DNA of 64,000 nucleotides from Hemiscyllium ocellatum (Eukaryota), in contig NC_083420.1 in the NCBI RefSeq assembly GCF_020745735.1, forward strand, positions 23,994,001 to 24,058,000. The letters run 5' to 3'. This document shows positions 1-11,750 of the stretch, one piece after another (position 1 is the stretch's first letter; every line of letters starts with the position of its first letter). Made by a program: the position numbers and the translations under genes. The notes below the pieces were generated by a model that did no database searches, was not told where the DNA came from, and saw nothing but the letters and a program-made list of their open reading frames with translations.

Positions 1-163
1 GATTCGGGATGTTGTGAGATGTTTTGGGAGATGGTGAGGGCGTTGATGGGAAACGATTTGATAGGAAGAATCTTTGGGGGGGGGGGTGGGATGTTGGATG
101 AGAGTGGGGGATGAGGTGCAGGTTTGTTGTTGTTGTTGGGATAGGGGGGTGGGGGGCACCCAC

Positions 164-269
164 CTGCGGACTCCCCGGTGTTGATCCAGTCAGGGTTGGC
201 CAGGCTGGCGATGGCGAAGATGTCGGCGGCCAGGAAGAGACATCCTGAAATAATGGTCAGTTTATCCAT
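164..269 (-). CDS. MOSMO: Modulator of smoothened, coding exon 1 (gene continues beyond left edge)
   Basis: Minus strand reads MDKLTIISGCLFLAADIFAIASLANPDWINTGESA, matching the MOSMO/C16orf52 N-terminus; GCCATGG start context, donor CAG|GTGGGT; MOSMO-PDZD9-UQCRC2 order is as in human. Confidence 0.93.
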
Positions 270-636
270 GGCGGGTGCCAGCCGGCGGCAATGGGAGAGC
301 GGCCGCCCTCACTCCGCATCCAGACAGCGGCGGGCAGCAGCCGCCCGCCCCGAGCCGCGAACCATCATCGCCCGAGCCCAGCCGGGCCCAGCCCGGCCCG
401 CGGAGCCCAGACCCCGGGCTCGGACCCCGGTCCGCAATCCGAGCGCGGGGCTCCTGCAGATTCCCGCCTCTGTCGGCCTCAGTTTCCCGTCTCCATTGGC
501 GGTGAGTGACCGGGGAGAAGGGGGAGGGGGAGGGAGAGAGAGGGGGGGGGAGGGGGGATTAACGGTCGACACTGGATCCGATCGAAAGCCCCTCGGCCCC
601 CGGCAGCGCCTCGAAAGACGAGGGCACCGACTCAAT

Positions 637-927
637 CAGCGGCGACCGCAACGCCAGCGTGCGCGCCCCCGGCTCGCGCCAGCCAGCCTCATGGAACGCG
701 CGCGCAGGCGGGGCCGCGCACATCTCCAGGCAGCGGCGACCGCAACCGCAGCGTGCGCGCCCCCGGCACACGCCAGCCAGTCTCCAGGAACACGCGCGCA
801 GGCGGGGCCGCGCACATCTCCAGGCAGCGGCGACCGCAACGCCAGCGTGCGCGCCCCCGGCACACGCCAGCCAAACTCCAGCAACGCGCGCGTAGGCGGG
901 GCCGCGCACATCTCCAGGCAGCGGCGA
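637..927. repeat. Tandem repeat, 3 x 94 bp, GC-rich
   Basis: CAGCGGCGA anchor recurs at 637, 731, 825, 919. Confidence 0.92.
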
Positions 928-1099
928 TCCTGACTGAAGCGAAATCTCGCATGCCTCTTCACTCCCACCCCCCCACTCCCATAATGAGGGGTCTGGGATA
1001 AAGATTAAAATCCAACAGCTCATTGTCCTGTTCAGTAGAAACGCTCAGAATTAGAAAGGTGTGTATTTCACATTCCGGTTCCGACTCTCAAAACAATAA

Positions 1100-1178
1100 A
1101 GGCTGACCCTGTCTCAGTGCACCACCGAGGGAGCGCCGCACTGTCGGGGGGTCGGCACTGAGGGAATGCTGCACTGTC
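1100..1178 (+). mobile_element. Deu-domain SINE core fragment with duplicated 33-bp motif
   Basis: GAGGGAGCGCCGCACTGTC / GAGGGAATGCTGCACTGTC resemble the Deu-SINE core. Confidence 0.5.
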
Positions 1179-1191
1179 TGGCGGAAGATAT

Positions 1192-1402
1192 GATTTGGAG
1201 GTGCCGGTGTTGGGCTGGGGTGCACAAAATTAAAAATTACACAACGCCAGGTTATAATCCAACAGGTTGAATTGGAAGCACTAGCTTTCGGAGCGCTGCT
1301 CCTTCACGTGGTTGCGGAGTATACTCCGGAGCAGTGCTCCAAAAGCCAGTACTTCCAAATAAACCTGTTGGACTATAACCTGGTGTTGTGTGATTTTAAT
1401 TT
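1192..1402. mobile_element. Penelope-like pLTR fold-back element
   Basis: Arms ~1227-1302 and ~1328-1402 are reverse complements; same family as copies at ~18886, ~24190, ~25410, ~59150. Confidence 0.75.
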
Positions 1403-1766
1403 CGAAGGAGGATAGGTCCAGGACATTGGTTACACTTTTGGAATATTGTGTGTAAGTCTGGCCTCCCTCTTCTTGGAAGGATGTTCTGAAACTTGAAAGG
1501 GTTAGAAAACATTTACAGGGATGTTGCCAGGGTTGGAGGATTTGAGCTACAAGCAGAGGCTGAATAGGCTGGGGCTGTTTTCCCTGGACCGTCGGAGGCT
1601 GAGGGGTGACCTTTGGTTTATAAAGCCATGGATAAGGTAAATAGACAAGGTCTTTCCCCTGGGGCGGGAGTCCAAAACTAGGGGACATACGTTTAGGGTG
1701 AGATTTAAAAGAGACCTAACATATATGTCAGATGGTGCATAAATGGAATAAGTTGCCAGAAGAAGT

Positions 1767-2106
1767 GGGATGTTGCAAGATGTTTTGGGAGATGGTGAGG
1801 CGTTGATGGGAAATGATTTGATAGGAAGAATATGTTTTGGGGGGGGTGGGAAAATTTGGGATGTTGGATGAGTGGGCGATGAGGTCGAGGGGAATGGTTT
1901 GTTGTAGGGATATGGGGGGGGTGAAGATACCCACTTGCGGACTCCCCGGTGTTGATCCAGTCAGGAGTGACCAGGCTGGCAAAGGTCAGCAGTCAAGAAG
2001 AGACATCCTGAAAGTTGGCCGGCGGCAATGGGAGAGCAGCTGCCCACACTCCACATCCAGACAGCGGCGGCCAGCAGCTGCCTGCCCCGAGCCACGAAGC
2101 TTCACC
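1767..2106 (-). pseudogene. Decayed local duplicate of MOSMO 5' UTR, exon 1 and intron 1 start
   Basis: Colinear with positions ~6-366 (e.g. GCGGACTCCCCGGTGTTGATCCAGTCAGG); ATG-containing segment deleted. Confidence 0.88.
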
Positions 2107-2109
2107 TGA

Positions 2110-2383
2110 GTTTAGATTACATACAGTGTGGAAACAGGCCCTTCACTGAACCGCCGAAGACCAACTCACCCAGACCCATTTCCCCTACATTTGTCCTTTC
2201 ATCCAACACTACGGGCAATTTAGCATGGCCAATTCATCTAACCGGCACATTTTTGGACTGTGGGAGGAAACCCACACAGACACGGGGAGAATGTGTAAAC
2301 TCCACACAGACAGTTGCCTGAGGTGGGATTTGAACCCGGGTCTCTGGCACTGTAAGGCAGCAGTGCTAACCACTGTGCCGCCC
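2110..2383 (-). mobile_element. tRNA-derived SINE (HE1/V-SINE-like)
   Basis: Minus strand GGCACAGTGGTTAGCACTGCTGCC...GGTTCAAATCC head, TGGCCATGCTAAATTGCCC core, AATCT tail. Confidence 0.85.
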
Positions 2384-4277
2384 AAAATTTAGTGCAATTG
2401 CAACATTTAAAAGGCATCTAGATGGGTATATGAATAGGAAGGATTTAGAGTGACATGGGCCAAGTGCTGGCAAATGGAACTAAATTAGGTTAGGATATCT
2501 GGTCAGTATAGATGAGTTGGACCGAAGGGTCTGTTTCTGTGACTCTCTTTGTCATCTTCTCTACCCTCCTCTGATCGTTGTAGTCTGCCAACTTTGGCTT
2601 CTTTCATATCCCCAATTTTAATTGGTCAACTGTGAAAAGCTGTGCGTTCAGCAGCCTGGACCTCACGCTCAAAATTGTTAATTTAATTAATTTTAACATT
2701 TCTCTTAGAGTGCTCCTTAAAAGATACCTCTTTACCAAGCTTTTGATCACCTGTCCTAATACTCCCTCCTCTGATTTGGTGTTACATTTGTATTCCATTG
2801 TTCATGTGAAGTATCTTGGGATGGTTTACTACATTAAAAGCGCTATATAAATGTATTCGCTGTAGTTGATTGTAAGTTTAAAAAGACAAAAAATACGGAA
2901 AACCTTTTACAGTAAGATACTTAAAATAAGAGAAAATATTAATAAAGTTCAAGATGAATAAAATACGCAATTTTGGTAAATGGTTCAGGAATTAATTACA
3001 GAGCAGACATTAAACTGCAATCTGAAGTTTAGACATCCGAACTGAGGTGAACATCTAAATGGGAAACAGCTCCCTCGTGTGCTAATGCTGGAGAAATGTT
3101 GCTGCAGACTGTACAGGTGTGGTGAAGCAGTTTACTGCCTTTAAGCAGCAGCTTTTAATAAGGACGTAGACGAAGCAGTCGCACAATTATGAACCTGTCC
3201 TGATAAACTTTCATATTCACCAAATCCCAGTAAAATATCCATAGCATGGAAACCAAGATTAATTCTCCAAAAATTATTACTGAATCCCGAGTGCCCCTAC
3301 TACTTGAATTTTCGTTTGTGATGTGTGTCGAGTTTTTTAAACGTGCAGCTCAATTTTTGCACAGCTGCCTGCGTGCGCTCACTTAAATGAGCTGGTTACA
3401 TGTCATACAGGCAGCGTTGTTCCCGAATAGAGAGCAGAAGATGATTTCTACCCTGTTGATACTATCTGAAAGGCAGACTGTCTGCCTCCCACCCAAGAAA
3501 ACATACCAAAGTTTTCTCACCAAGATATCTCCACTGCTTTCCTCCATCGACTTCCGTCTCATCTCAAAGCTCCTTGGTTCAAACCGACAGCCTTTTTCCA
3601 GTCTTAGCCCATTTCAGGCGCCTGTCAATGGCAGATAACCGATCACCTTTTTTTAATATCACGATCCCCTTACATTCCACATCGACTTTCAAAAACATGC
3701 CCAGAACCCTCACTGTTTTGAGTGTTTTACACTCAGCCCAGAGAATTTCGAGAGTCAGATTGAACGAATGATTCCTCAAGCTCCCTCTGGAGGGTGATTA
3801 CTTGCTTTTTTGATTGTTATAAATGAATGGAACAAACGGAGACCAGGGTAGCACCGAAACAAAGGTTTGAGCCCTAACCCCCCGGATTAACATATGGAGC
3901 TCCCCCTCACTCATAATATTTCCATTTTTAACACACGGACCACCTGCATTCGACGCCAATTGTTCAATTTATTTCCCATCTTCTCATTCAAACAAAAAAG
4001 ATTTTGAAACATATTTATGCCATTGAAATGTATGAATTCAATCAGTGTGTGTAACTTGAGGTCAGTAGTGAAACCGAGCCCACCCAGACCGCAGTGATCA
4101 TTTGTAATGGAGGTGGGGGAATATTGAAACTAAAGTCATTTGTCGAAGAAGCTTTCCAATTGCACACTACCTGCTCCCGCATCTGCCTATTTACCCAAAC
4201 ACTCTGGAAGCATCGGGTTTGCAACATTCCAGAGTAATAACATTTCCGAATCTGAAAGGTTCCCAGAACAGTTCTCT

Positions 4278-4291
4278 GTTGCTATGGGAGA
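4278..4291. promoter_or_regulatory. RFX X-box-like motif upstream of putative PDZD9 exon 1
   Basis: GTTGCTATGG matches most of the RFX consensus GTTGCYATGGNAAC; right half imperfect. Confidence 0.35.
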
Positions 4292-4414
4292 TCTGGGGTT
4301 TGTATTTGAATGGTTAAGCGACTTGCTTGTCATGTTGCACAGGGACTGGCCTAACCACTTGCCACGTGTTTTGTGTATATTGCCACCGTCTCCCAGCCAG
4401 GACCCGCCGCACTC

Positions 4415-4451
4415 ATGACGCCTGAGGATTGGAACGTCCGCCCTATACGAG
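4415..4451 (+). CDS. PDZD9: Putative PDZD9 coding exon 1 (MTPEDWNVRPIR)
   Basis: ATG plus 37 nt ending GAG|GTGGGC; phase 1 fits the 12201 exon; no sequence homology recognised, ATG at 12215 is an alternative start. Confidence 0.45.
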
Positions 4452-5689
4452 GTGGGCCTGATGGGGGAACAGCAACATTTCACAGGGAGGGGGAAGGTTT
4501 AGATTGTTTGGCTGTGTTTTGTGCAGTTTTTTTTGGCTTTCAACACATCGTACACAATTTATGACCAACAAAAACTTACATGTACACAGCGCCTTCAACG
4601 TACTTAAACGTCACAAGGCGCTGCACAGGAGCTTAATCAAATAAATTGAAAAACTCAGTCACAGAAGCAGGTAGTTTATCAGATGACCAAAAGCTTGGTC
4701 ATAGAGGTAGGTTTTAAGAAGCGTCCTGAGCTTTTTTTTTCTTATTTAATGAGTTTCTCTATATCTGCTCGGCCACTAAGACCACATCCATTTCACATTG
4801 CCCACATCGCTTCAGTACATCTCCCGCTAACACTTTCACTTTAGACCTTGTTCCCTCTACATCCATTGCTCTGATTGATACTCTCCAACCCAGCCGCCCA
4901 CATTCTGTAAACCTGAGGTTGCCCAAAGGTCTGCCACCAAGTCCAGTTCACCTGTCAACTGCCTCTGCTCTTTGATCTACTTTGGCTTCCAGTCTCATAA
5001 TGCATTGATTTGAAAATGCTTTTCTTTCTGTTAAAATCCCTCTCTTCCCTTCAGTCCCTCAGACGGTATCTATATTCTCCTCCAGCCACTCAATCCTCTG
5101 AGGTCTTTGTGCTTTCCCAGTTCTGGCCTCCTGTACATCCTGATTTTCTGTGTCCCACCGAGGCGACTGCACCTTCAGTCCAAGTTCTGAGATTCCTGCT
5201 CAAAACTTCTCTCCTTCCTTTTAGTTAAGAGGTTCTTTAAGTGCTCTTGTGGTGCAGTGGTAGTGTGGACCAGGAGGCCTTGATTCAAGTCCCACCTGCT
5301 ACAGAGGTGTGTAATAACATCACTGAACAGGGTGAATAGAAAGAAAATAGGTAAAATCTGCATCATTGACCAAGCTATTGGTCACACTGTAAACTATATA
5401 TTTTATATGTAAGTTGTTGCTGTTGCTGAGCCCATGATTGGTACAAAACTAAATATCTGAAAATACCTTGGCCTTACATAGAATCAAAATGAGTCTACGC
5501 CATAGAAACAAGCAATTGGGTCTCTGTTGGTGATTGTGTGCCATACATTAGCTGCTCCTTTCACCTTTATTCATCTGAACCCATTAACTTATCCTTCAAT
5601 TCCTTCCTCCCTTTTATTTATCCATACAAACGTTAAATGCATCTGTGTTATTTACTGCAACCAGTCCTGTGGTAGCAAGTTCCATGTTG

Positions 5690-7450
5690 TAGATAACATG
5701 GGAAACAGAAGGAGAATTAGACATTCAGCACCTCGAACCTGCGCTGCTGTTCAACTCGATCATGGCTGATCTACCTTAATACACCTTTCCTGCATTGATC
5801 TTTAATAACTTTAATATCTAGAATATTGGCTTATATCTTGAATGTACTCAGTGACCAAGGTTCTACAGGCCTCTGGGTAAATTCCAAAGATTCATACCTT
5901 CCAAGTTAAGAACTTCATCCTTATCTCAGTCCTAATGTCCTTTTATGCTGATACAAGCCGGGCAAAACATTCTTCCTGCATCTACCCAGGTGAGCCCTTT
6001 AAGAAATATGAATGCTTTAATAAGTTCATCCCTTGGTCTTCTAAACTGTAGAGAATGTACACCCAGTCTCTTCAATCTCCCCTCATAGGTTATCCCACTA
6101 TCCCAGAGATCTGTCTGGTGAATCTTTATTGCAGTCCCTAAATTACAAGTATATCTTTCCTTGAGTAAGGAGACTAAAACAACACACAATACTCCAGTGC
6201 AGGCTTATCAAGGTTCTTTACTTTGTACTCAAATTCTCATGATAAAAAGTGAATACTCCATTTCCTGCTTAGATGCTTGCTGCAACTGAATTTTATCTTT
6301 CACAAACTTATGAACAAAGAAACACAGGACCCTGTGGACATCAGCACTTCCTGATCTTTCACCATTGAGAAGAAAAGAAGAACTGCCCTGGATTTCTGTT
6401 TTTCCTAACAAGTGGATAACCTCATTTTTTTCCAGTTATATTCTATCCGCCATGATATTACCCAAAGACTTAACCTTATTTAAATCCCTTTGAAGCCTTT
6501 TCTCATCCTACTCACATTTCCATTAAGTCTTGTATTGACATCAAGCTTACAAATATTACATTTGGTGCCTACATCCAAATCATTAAAATAGATTGTGAAT
6601 ATTTGAGGCTCAGGTATTAATAGTACCCAATTAGTCACAACCTGCCAATCAGATTATAAATTGCTCTGTGTTCTTTCCATTAATCAATTCCCAGTCCATG
6701 CCAATATATAACCTCCAGTTCCATGTGTTTATGGAACCTTTTTAAAGGTTTTCTGAAAATCCAAAATACATCACATCCACTGGTTCCCCATTATCTAATC
6801 TGTTAGTTGTATTATCAAAAAAAAACTCTCATCAGTTTGTCAGACATGATTTCCCTTTCATAAATTGATGCTGTGTCTGCTCAATTCTAACATTATTTTC
6901 TCAGTGCACAGTTATCACATCCTTTGTAATTGATTCCAGTATTTTTCCTAATACTGGTGTCTAATTTTCTCTCACCCTCCTTTCTTAAGTAGGGGGATTA
7001 CATTTCCAACATTCTATCCTGCATGAATCATTCCAGAGTTTCTAATATTTTTGGAAAATGACAACCCATGCATTTACTACCTTGACATAACTTTGAGGTT
7101 ACTAGGACCAGGGAATTTATCCATTTCCAATCCCATTAATTTCTTTACAAAAAAAATGAGTTAGCCATTTCTTGTAGCATCATTCTAAATCTACAATATC
7201 CCATTTTCTAGTTCATAAACATACTGTTCTAGAAAACCATACCTTCCAGGAGTTTGTCCTCCACAACATTAGTGCTAATTTTCCAGTCTATATGTAGAGT
7301 GAAGTCCTCTGTGACTACTGCATTAGACTACTGCTTATACTACATGTACTCTAGTTTTGCTGATTTATATTATGCCCTACATTACCACAATTGCATGGTG
7401 GTCTAAATCCTATCAATGTGTGTTGCCTTTTGCTATTTGCCCCATCTGTA
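5690..7450 (-). mobile_element. Old CR1 LINE fragment
   Basis: Minus-strand RT C-terminal remnants (YEGRLKRLGVHSL) and CR1-type 3' end near 5700. Confidence 0.7.
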
Positions 7451-7858
7451 TTGATTCGACAACTTAATCTTCTAACTTAAGATCCTGTTTCTAATACATT
7501 GGTTTCATAAATTGTTTGCAAAGACATTCTTAAATTTGTGTGCTCTGTCCATTCCTGCCACACTCAGATCTTGCCTTATTGTTACTTGTTTTGTCTTAAT
7601 TTATCATATTTGAACCCCCTTTTATCCCTGGTCCCACTATTTGGTTTAAAGCCCTCTCTATCACACCAGTTATATGACTCATCAGACCATTGGTCACAGC
7701 ATGGTTCAAGGTGAAGGCCATCTCAATGGTATAGCTCCCACTTAGACCATGAGGCGTAGGAGCGGAAATTAGGCCATTCAACCCATTGAGTCTGCTCTAC
7801 CATTCAATTGTGGTTGGTAGGTTTCTTAACACCATTCTCCCGCTTTCTCCCCGTAACT

Positions 7859-8142
7859 GGGCGACACAGTGGTTCAGTGGTAGCACTACTGCCTCACTGT
7901 GCTAGGGACCTGGGTTCGATTCCGACCTCGGGTGAGTGTCTGTGTGGAGTTTCCCATTCTCCCTGTGTCTGCGTGGGTTTCCTCCCACAATCCAAAGACA
8001 TGCAAGTCAGGTGGATTGGCCATACTAAATTGCCCATAGTGTTAGGTGCAGTAGTCAGGGATAAATATAGGGTCTGGATGGTTTACTGTTCAGACTTGTT
8101 GGGCTGAAGGGCCTGTTTCCATACTGTAGGTAATCTAATCTA
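7859..8142 (+). mobile_element. tRNA-derived SINE
   Basis: A/B-box-like head, conserved core, (AATCT)n tail. Confidence 0.85.
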
Positions 8143-8539
8143 TGAAAAAACTCTTGATACTGAAGAACCTATCTATCTCAGTCTTAGACACACTCAATGA
8201 TCTGGTCTCCACAGCCCTCTGTGGCAATGCCCCAGGAATTGAAACCCATTTTTCCCACTCGAATCTTTGATCCGTAGTGTTAACCCTCTAATTTTATTTA
8301 CTGATTTCAAATTGCTTTTGTCTCAAATAAAATACAAATTTCTGCTTTTTAATTTAGTTCCCAGCTACTTATACTCTCTAAGCAGAACCACTTTCTTAAT
8401 CCTTTCTATGTGATCACTATCTACTTGGATCATGACAATTGGATCTTCCCCGTCCCACAGCAAATTACTTTTAACCAGAGTAAGGGAATCCAAAACTCGG
8501 GGGCATTGATTTAAGGTGAGATGGGAAAGATCTAAAGGG

Positions 8540-8850
8540 ATTAGATTTCTTACAGTGTGGAAACAGGCCCTTTGGCCCAACAAGTCCACACCGACCCGCC
8601 GAAGCGCAACCCACCCATTCCCCTGCATTTACCCCTCTATCTAACACTACGGGCAATTTAGCATGGCCAATTCACCTGACCTGCACATTTTTGGACTGTG
8701 GGAGGAAACTGGAGCACCCGGAGGAAACTCACGCAGACACAGGGAGAACATGCACACTCCACACAGTCAGTCGCTTGAGTCGGGAATTGAACCTGGGTCT
8801 CTGGTGCTATGAGGCAGCAGTGCTAACCACTGTGCCACTGTGCCGCCCAC
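8540..8850 (-). mobile_element. tRNA-derived SINE inserted in a CR1 3' end (~8475-9095)
   Basis: Full SINE on minus strand; CR1 sequence is continuous on both sides. Confidence 0.85.
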
Positions 8851-9411
8851 GGGACCCAAGGGGCAACTTTTTCACACAGAGAATGATGCATAAATGGAAA
8901 TAGCAACCAGATGAAGGGATAGAGGCAGGTACAATAACAACATTTAAAAGTCATCCAGACAGGAACATGGATAGGAAATATTTAAAGGGATGTGGGCCAA
9001 ACACAGGCAAATCACACTGGTTCAGTTTAGGAAACCTGGTTAGCATGGATAAGTTGGGTTGAAAGACCTCTTTCTGTCTTTTGACTCTATGGTTCTAGCA
9101 GAAAGAATGAGTCATGAACCTTGGAACCAGGCAGGTAGCAAACAGCCTTCTGGACTCTTGCTGTTGGCTGCAGAGAACAACGCCTTTCTCTCCCTGATTT
9201 GGCAGCCATCTACTACCACATATTCCTTATAACTCCCCAGTTTGAATGGCTTCATGAACCTTGGTGCCCTGGTTTGTTCCTCATCCATTCTGTGACCCCG
9301 ATTTCATCCATGCAGGAACCTCAAACCTGTTGGATAATTGCAATAGCAGAGGCTCCTCCATTTCTATCTTCTTGGTTCCCTTTACGCGCCTCATTCAAAA
9401 TCACCGAGGTA

Positions 9412-11750
9412 ACAACAATGACTGCAGATACTGGAAACCAGATTCTGGATTAGTGGTGTTGGAAGAGCACAGCAGTTCAGGCAGCATCCAAAGTGCCGCA
9501 AAATCGACGTTTCGGGCAAAAGCCCTTCATCAGGAATAAAGGCAGTGAGCCTGAAGCGTGGAGAGATAACCTAGAGGAGGGTGGGGGTGGGGAGAAAGTA
9601 GCATAGAGTACAATGGGTGAATGGGGGAGGGGATGAAGGTGATAGATCAGGGAGGAGAGGGTGGAGTGGATAGGTGGAAAAGGAGCTAGGCAGGTAGGAC
9701 AAGTCTGGACAAGTCATGGGGACAGTGCTGAGCTGGAAGTTTGGAACTAGGGTGAGGTGGGGGAAGGAGAAATGAGGAAACTGTTGAAGTCCACATTGAT
9801 ACCCTGGGGTTGAAGTGTTCCGAGGGGGAAGATGAGGCGTTCTTCCTCCAGGCGGTTGGTGGTGAGAGAGCAGCAGTGAAGGAGGCCCAGGACCTCCATG
9901 TCCTCGGCAGAGTGGGCGGGGGAGTTGAATGTTGGGCCACGGGGCGGTGTGGTTGATTGTTGCGGGTGTCCCGGAGATGTTCCCTAAAGCACTCTGCTAA
10001 GAGGTGACCAGTCTCCCCAATGTAGAGGAGACCGTATTAGGAGCAACAGATACAATAAATGATATTAGTGGATGTGCAGGTAAAACTTTGATGGATGTGG
10101 AAGGTTCCTTTAGGGCCTCGGATAGAGGTGAGGGAGGAGGTGTGGGCACAGTGGTTTTACAGTTCCTGCGGTGGCAGGGGAAAGTTCCAGGATGGGAGGG
10201 TGGGTTGTAGGGGGGCGTGGACCTGACCAGGTAGTCACGGAGGAACGGTCTTTGCGGAAGGCGGAAAGGGGTGGGGAGGGAAATATATCCCTGGTGGTGA
10301 GGTCTTTTTGGAGGTGGCAGAAATGTCGGCGGATGATTTGGTTTATGCGAAGGTTGGTAGGGTGGAAGGTGAGCACCAGGGGCGTTCTGTCCTTGTTACG
10401 GTTGGAGGGGTGGGGTCTGAGGGCGGAGGTGTGGGATGTGGACGAGATGCGTTGGAGGGCATCTTTAACCATGTGGGAAGGGAAATTGCGGTCTCTAAAG
10501 AAGGAGGCCAAGTGGTGTGTTCCATGGTGGAACTGGTCCTCCTGGGAGCAGATACGGTGGAGGCGGAGGAATTGGGAATCCGGGATGGCATTTTTGCAAG
10601 AGGTAGGATGGGAAGAGGTGTAATCCTGGTAGCTGTGGGAGTCAGTGGGTTTGTAAAAAATGTCAGTGTCAAGTCGGTCGTCATTAATGGAGATGGAGAG
10701 GTCCAGGAAGGGGAGGGAGGTGTCAGAGATGGCCCAGGTAAATTTAAGGTCATGGTGGAATGTGTTGGTGAAGTTGATGAATTGCTCAACCTCCTCGCGG
10801 GAGCACGAGGTGGAGGCAATGCAGTCATCAATGTAACGGAGGAAGAGGTGGGGAGTGGTGCCAGTGTAATTATGGAAGATCAACTGTTCTACGTAGCCAA
10901 CAAAGAGACAGGCATAGCTGGGGCCCATACGTGTGCCCATGGCTACCGCTTTGGTTTGGAGGAAGTGGGAGGATTCAAAGGAGAAATTGTTAAGGGTGAG
11001 GACCAGTTCGGCCAAACGAATGAGAGTGTCGGTGGAAGGGTACTGTTGGGGATGTCTGGAGAGGAAAAAACAGAGGGCTTGGAGGCCCTGGTCATGGTGG
11101 ATGGAGGTGTAGAGGGATTGGATATCCATGGTGAAGATGAGGCGTTGGGGGCCAGGGAAACGGAAGTCTTGGAGGAGGTGGAGGGCATGAGTGGTGTCTC
11201 AAACGTATGTGGGGAGTTCCTGGACTAGGGGGGATAGGACAGTGTCGAGGTAGGTAGGGATGAGTTCAGTGGGGCAGGAGCATGCTGAGACAATGGGTTG
11301 GCCAGGGTGGTCAGGCTTGTGGATCTTGGGAAGGAGGTAGAACCGGGCAGTGCGGGGTTCCCGGACTATGAGGTTGGAAGCTGGGGGCGGGAGATCTCCT
11401 GAGGTGATGAGGTTCTGTATGGTCTGGGAGATGATGGTTTGGTGATGGGGGGGTGGGGTCATGGTCGAGGGGGCAGTAGGAAGAGGTGTCCTCAAGTTGG
11501 TGTTTGGCTTCAGCGGTGTAGAGGTCAGTGCGCCAGACTACCACTGCGCCCCCTTTATCCGCTGGCTTAATGGTGAGGTTGGGATTGGAGCAGAGGGATT
11601 GGAGGGCTGCGTGTTGTGAGGGTGAGAGGTTGGAGTGGGGGAGGGAGGTAGACAGGTTGAGGCGGTTAATGTCCCAGCGGCAGTTGGAAATGAAGAGGTC
11701 GAGGGCAGGTAATAAGCCAGGGCAGGGTGTCCAGGTGGATGCAGTGTCTT
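9412..11750 (-). mobile_element. Penelope-like retroelement, 5'-truncated: RT + GIY-YIG endonuclease + 3' pLTR
   Basis: KPADKGGAVVVW, FYLLPKIHK, MDIQSLYTSI, MGTRMGPSYA, LRYIDD RT motifs and a downstream LYIGET endonuclease motif; frameshifted. Confidence 0.92.
9502..9538 (-). ncRNA. Minimal hammerhead ribozyme motif in Penelope pLTR
   Basis: CUGAUGA-A-GGGC-UUUU-GCCC-GAAAC-GUC; all core residues present. Confidence 0.75.

Larger units (their letters stand above)
160..960. promoter_or_regulatory. CpG island / MOSMO promoter and 5' UTR
   Basis: Very GC- and CpG-rich around the MOSMO start; GC boxes (GGCGGGG) in the upstream repeat. Confidence 0.8.
1410..2548 (+). mobile_element. CR1 LINE 3' fragment, interrupted at ~1767-2390
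   Basis: CR1 ORF2 C-terminal remnants (TLVTLLEYCV, KLERV, LFSL) and 3' UTR; resumes at GCAATTGCAACATTTAAAAGG. Confidence 0.8.

Noticed and set aside
637-927. CRISPR-like regular repeats
   Set aside because: Head-to-tail units without unique spacers, eukaryotic context, no cas genes.
178-1023. Overlapping ORFs of 72-251 aa on both strands
   Set aside because: By-products of a stop-poor CpG island and the 94-bp repeat; the real coding sequence is the short MOSMO exon.
3387-3779. Short ORFs in apparently unique sequence between MOSMO and PDZD9
   Set aside because: No recognisable homology and no splice sites fitting the PDZD9 phase.
7859-7930. tRNA-like sequences at this and other SINE heads
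   Set aside because: A/B boxes run straight into SINE body and tail; no complete cloverleaf.
10171-11228. 306-aa and 150-aa plus-strand ORFs
   Set aside because: Antisense shadows of the Penelope RT frame.
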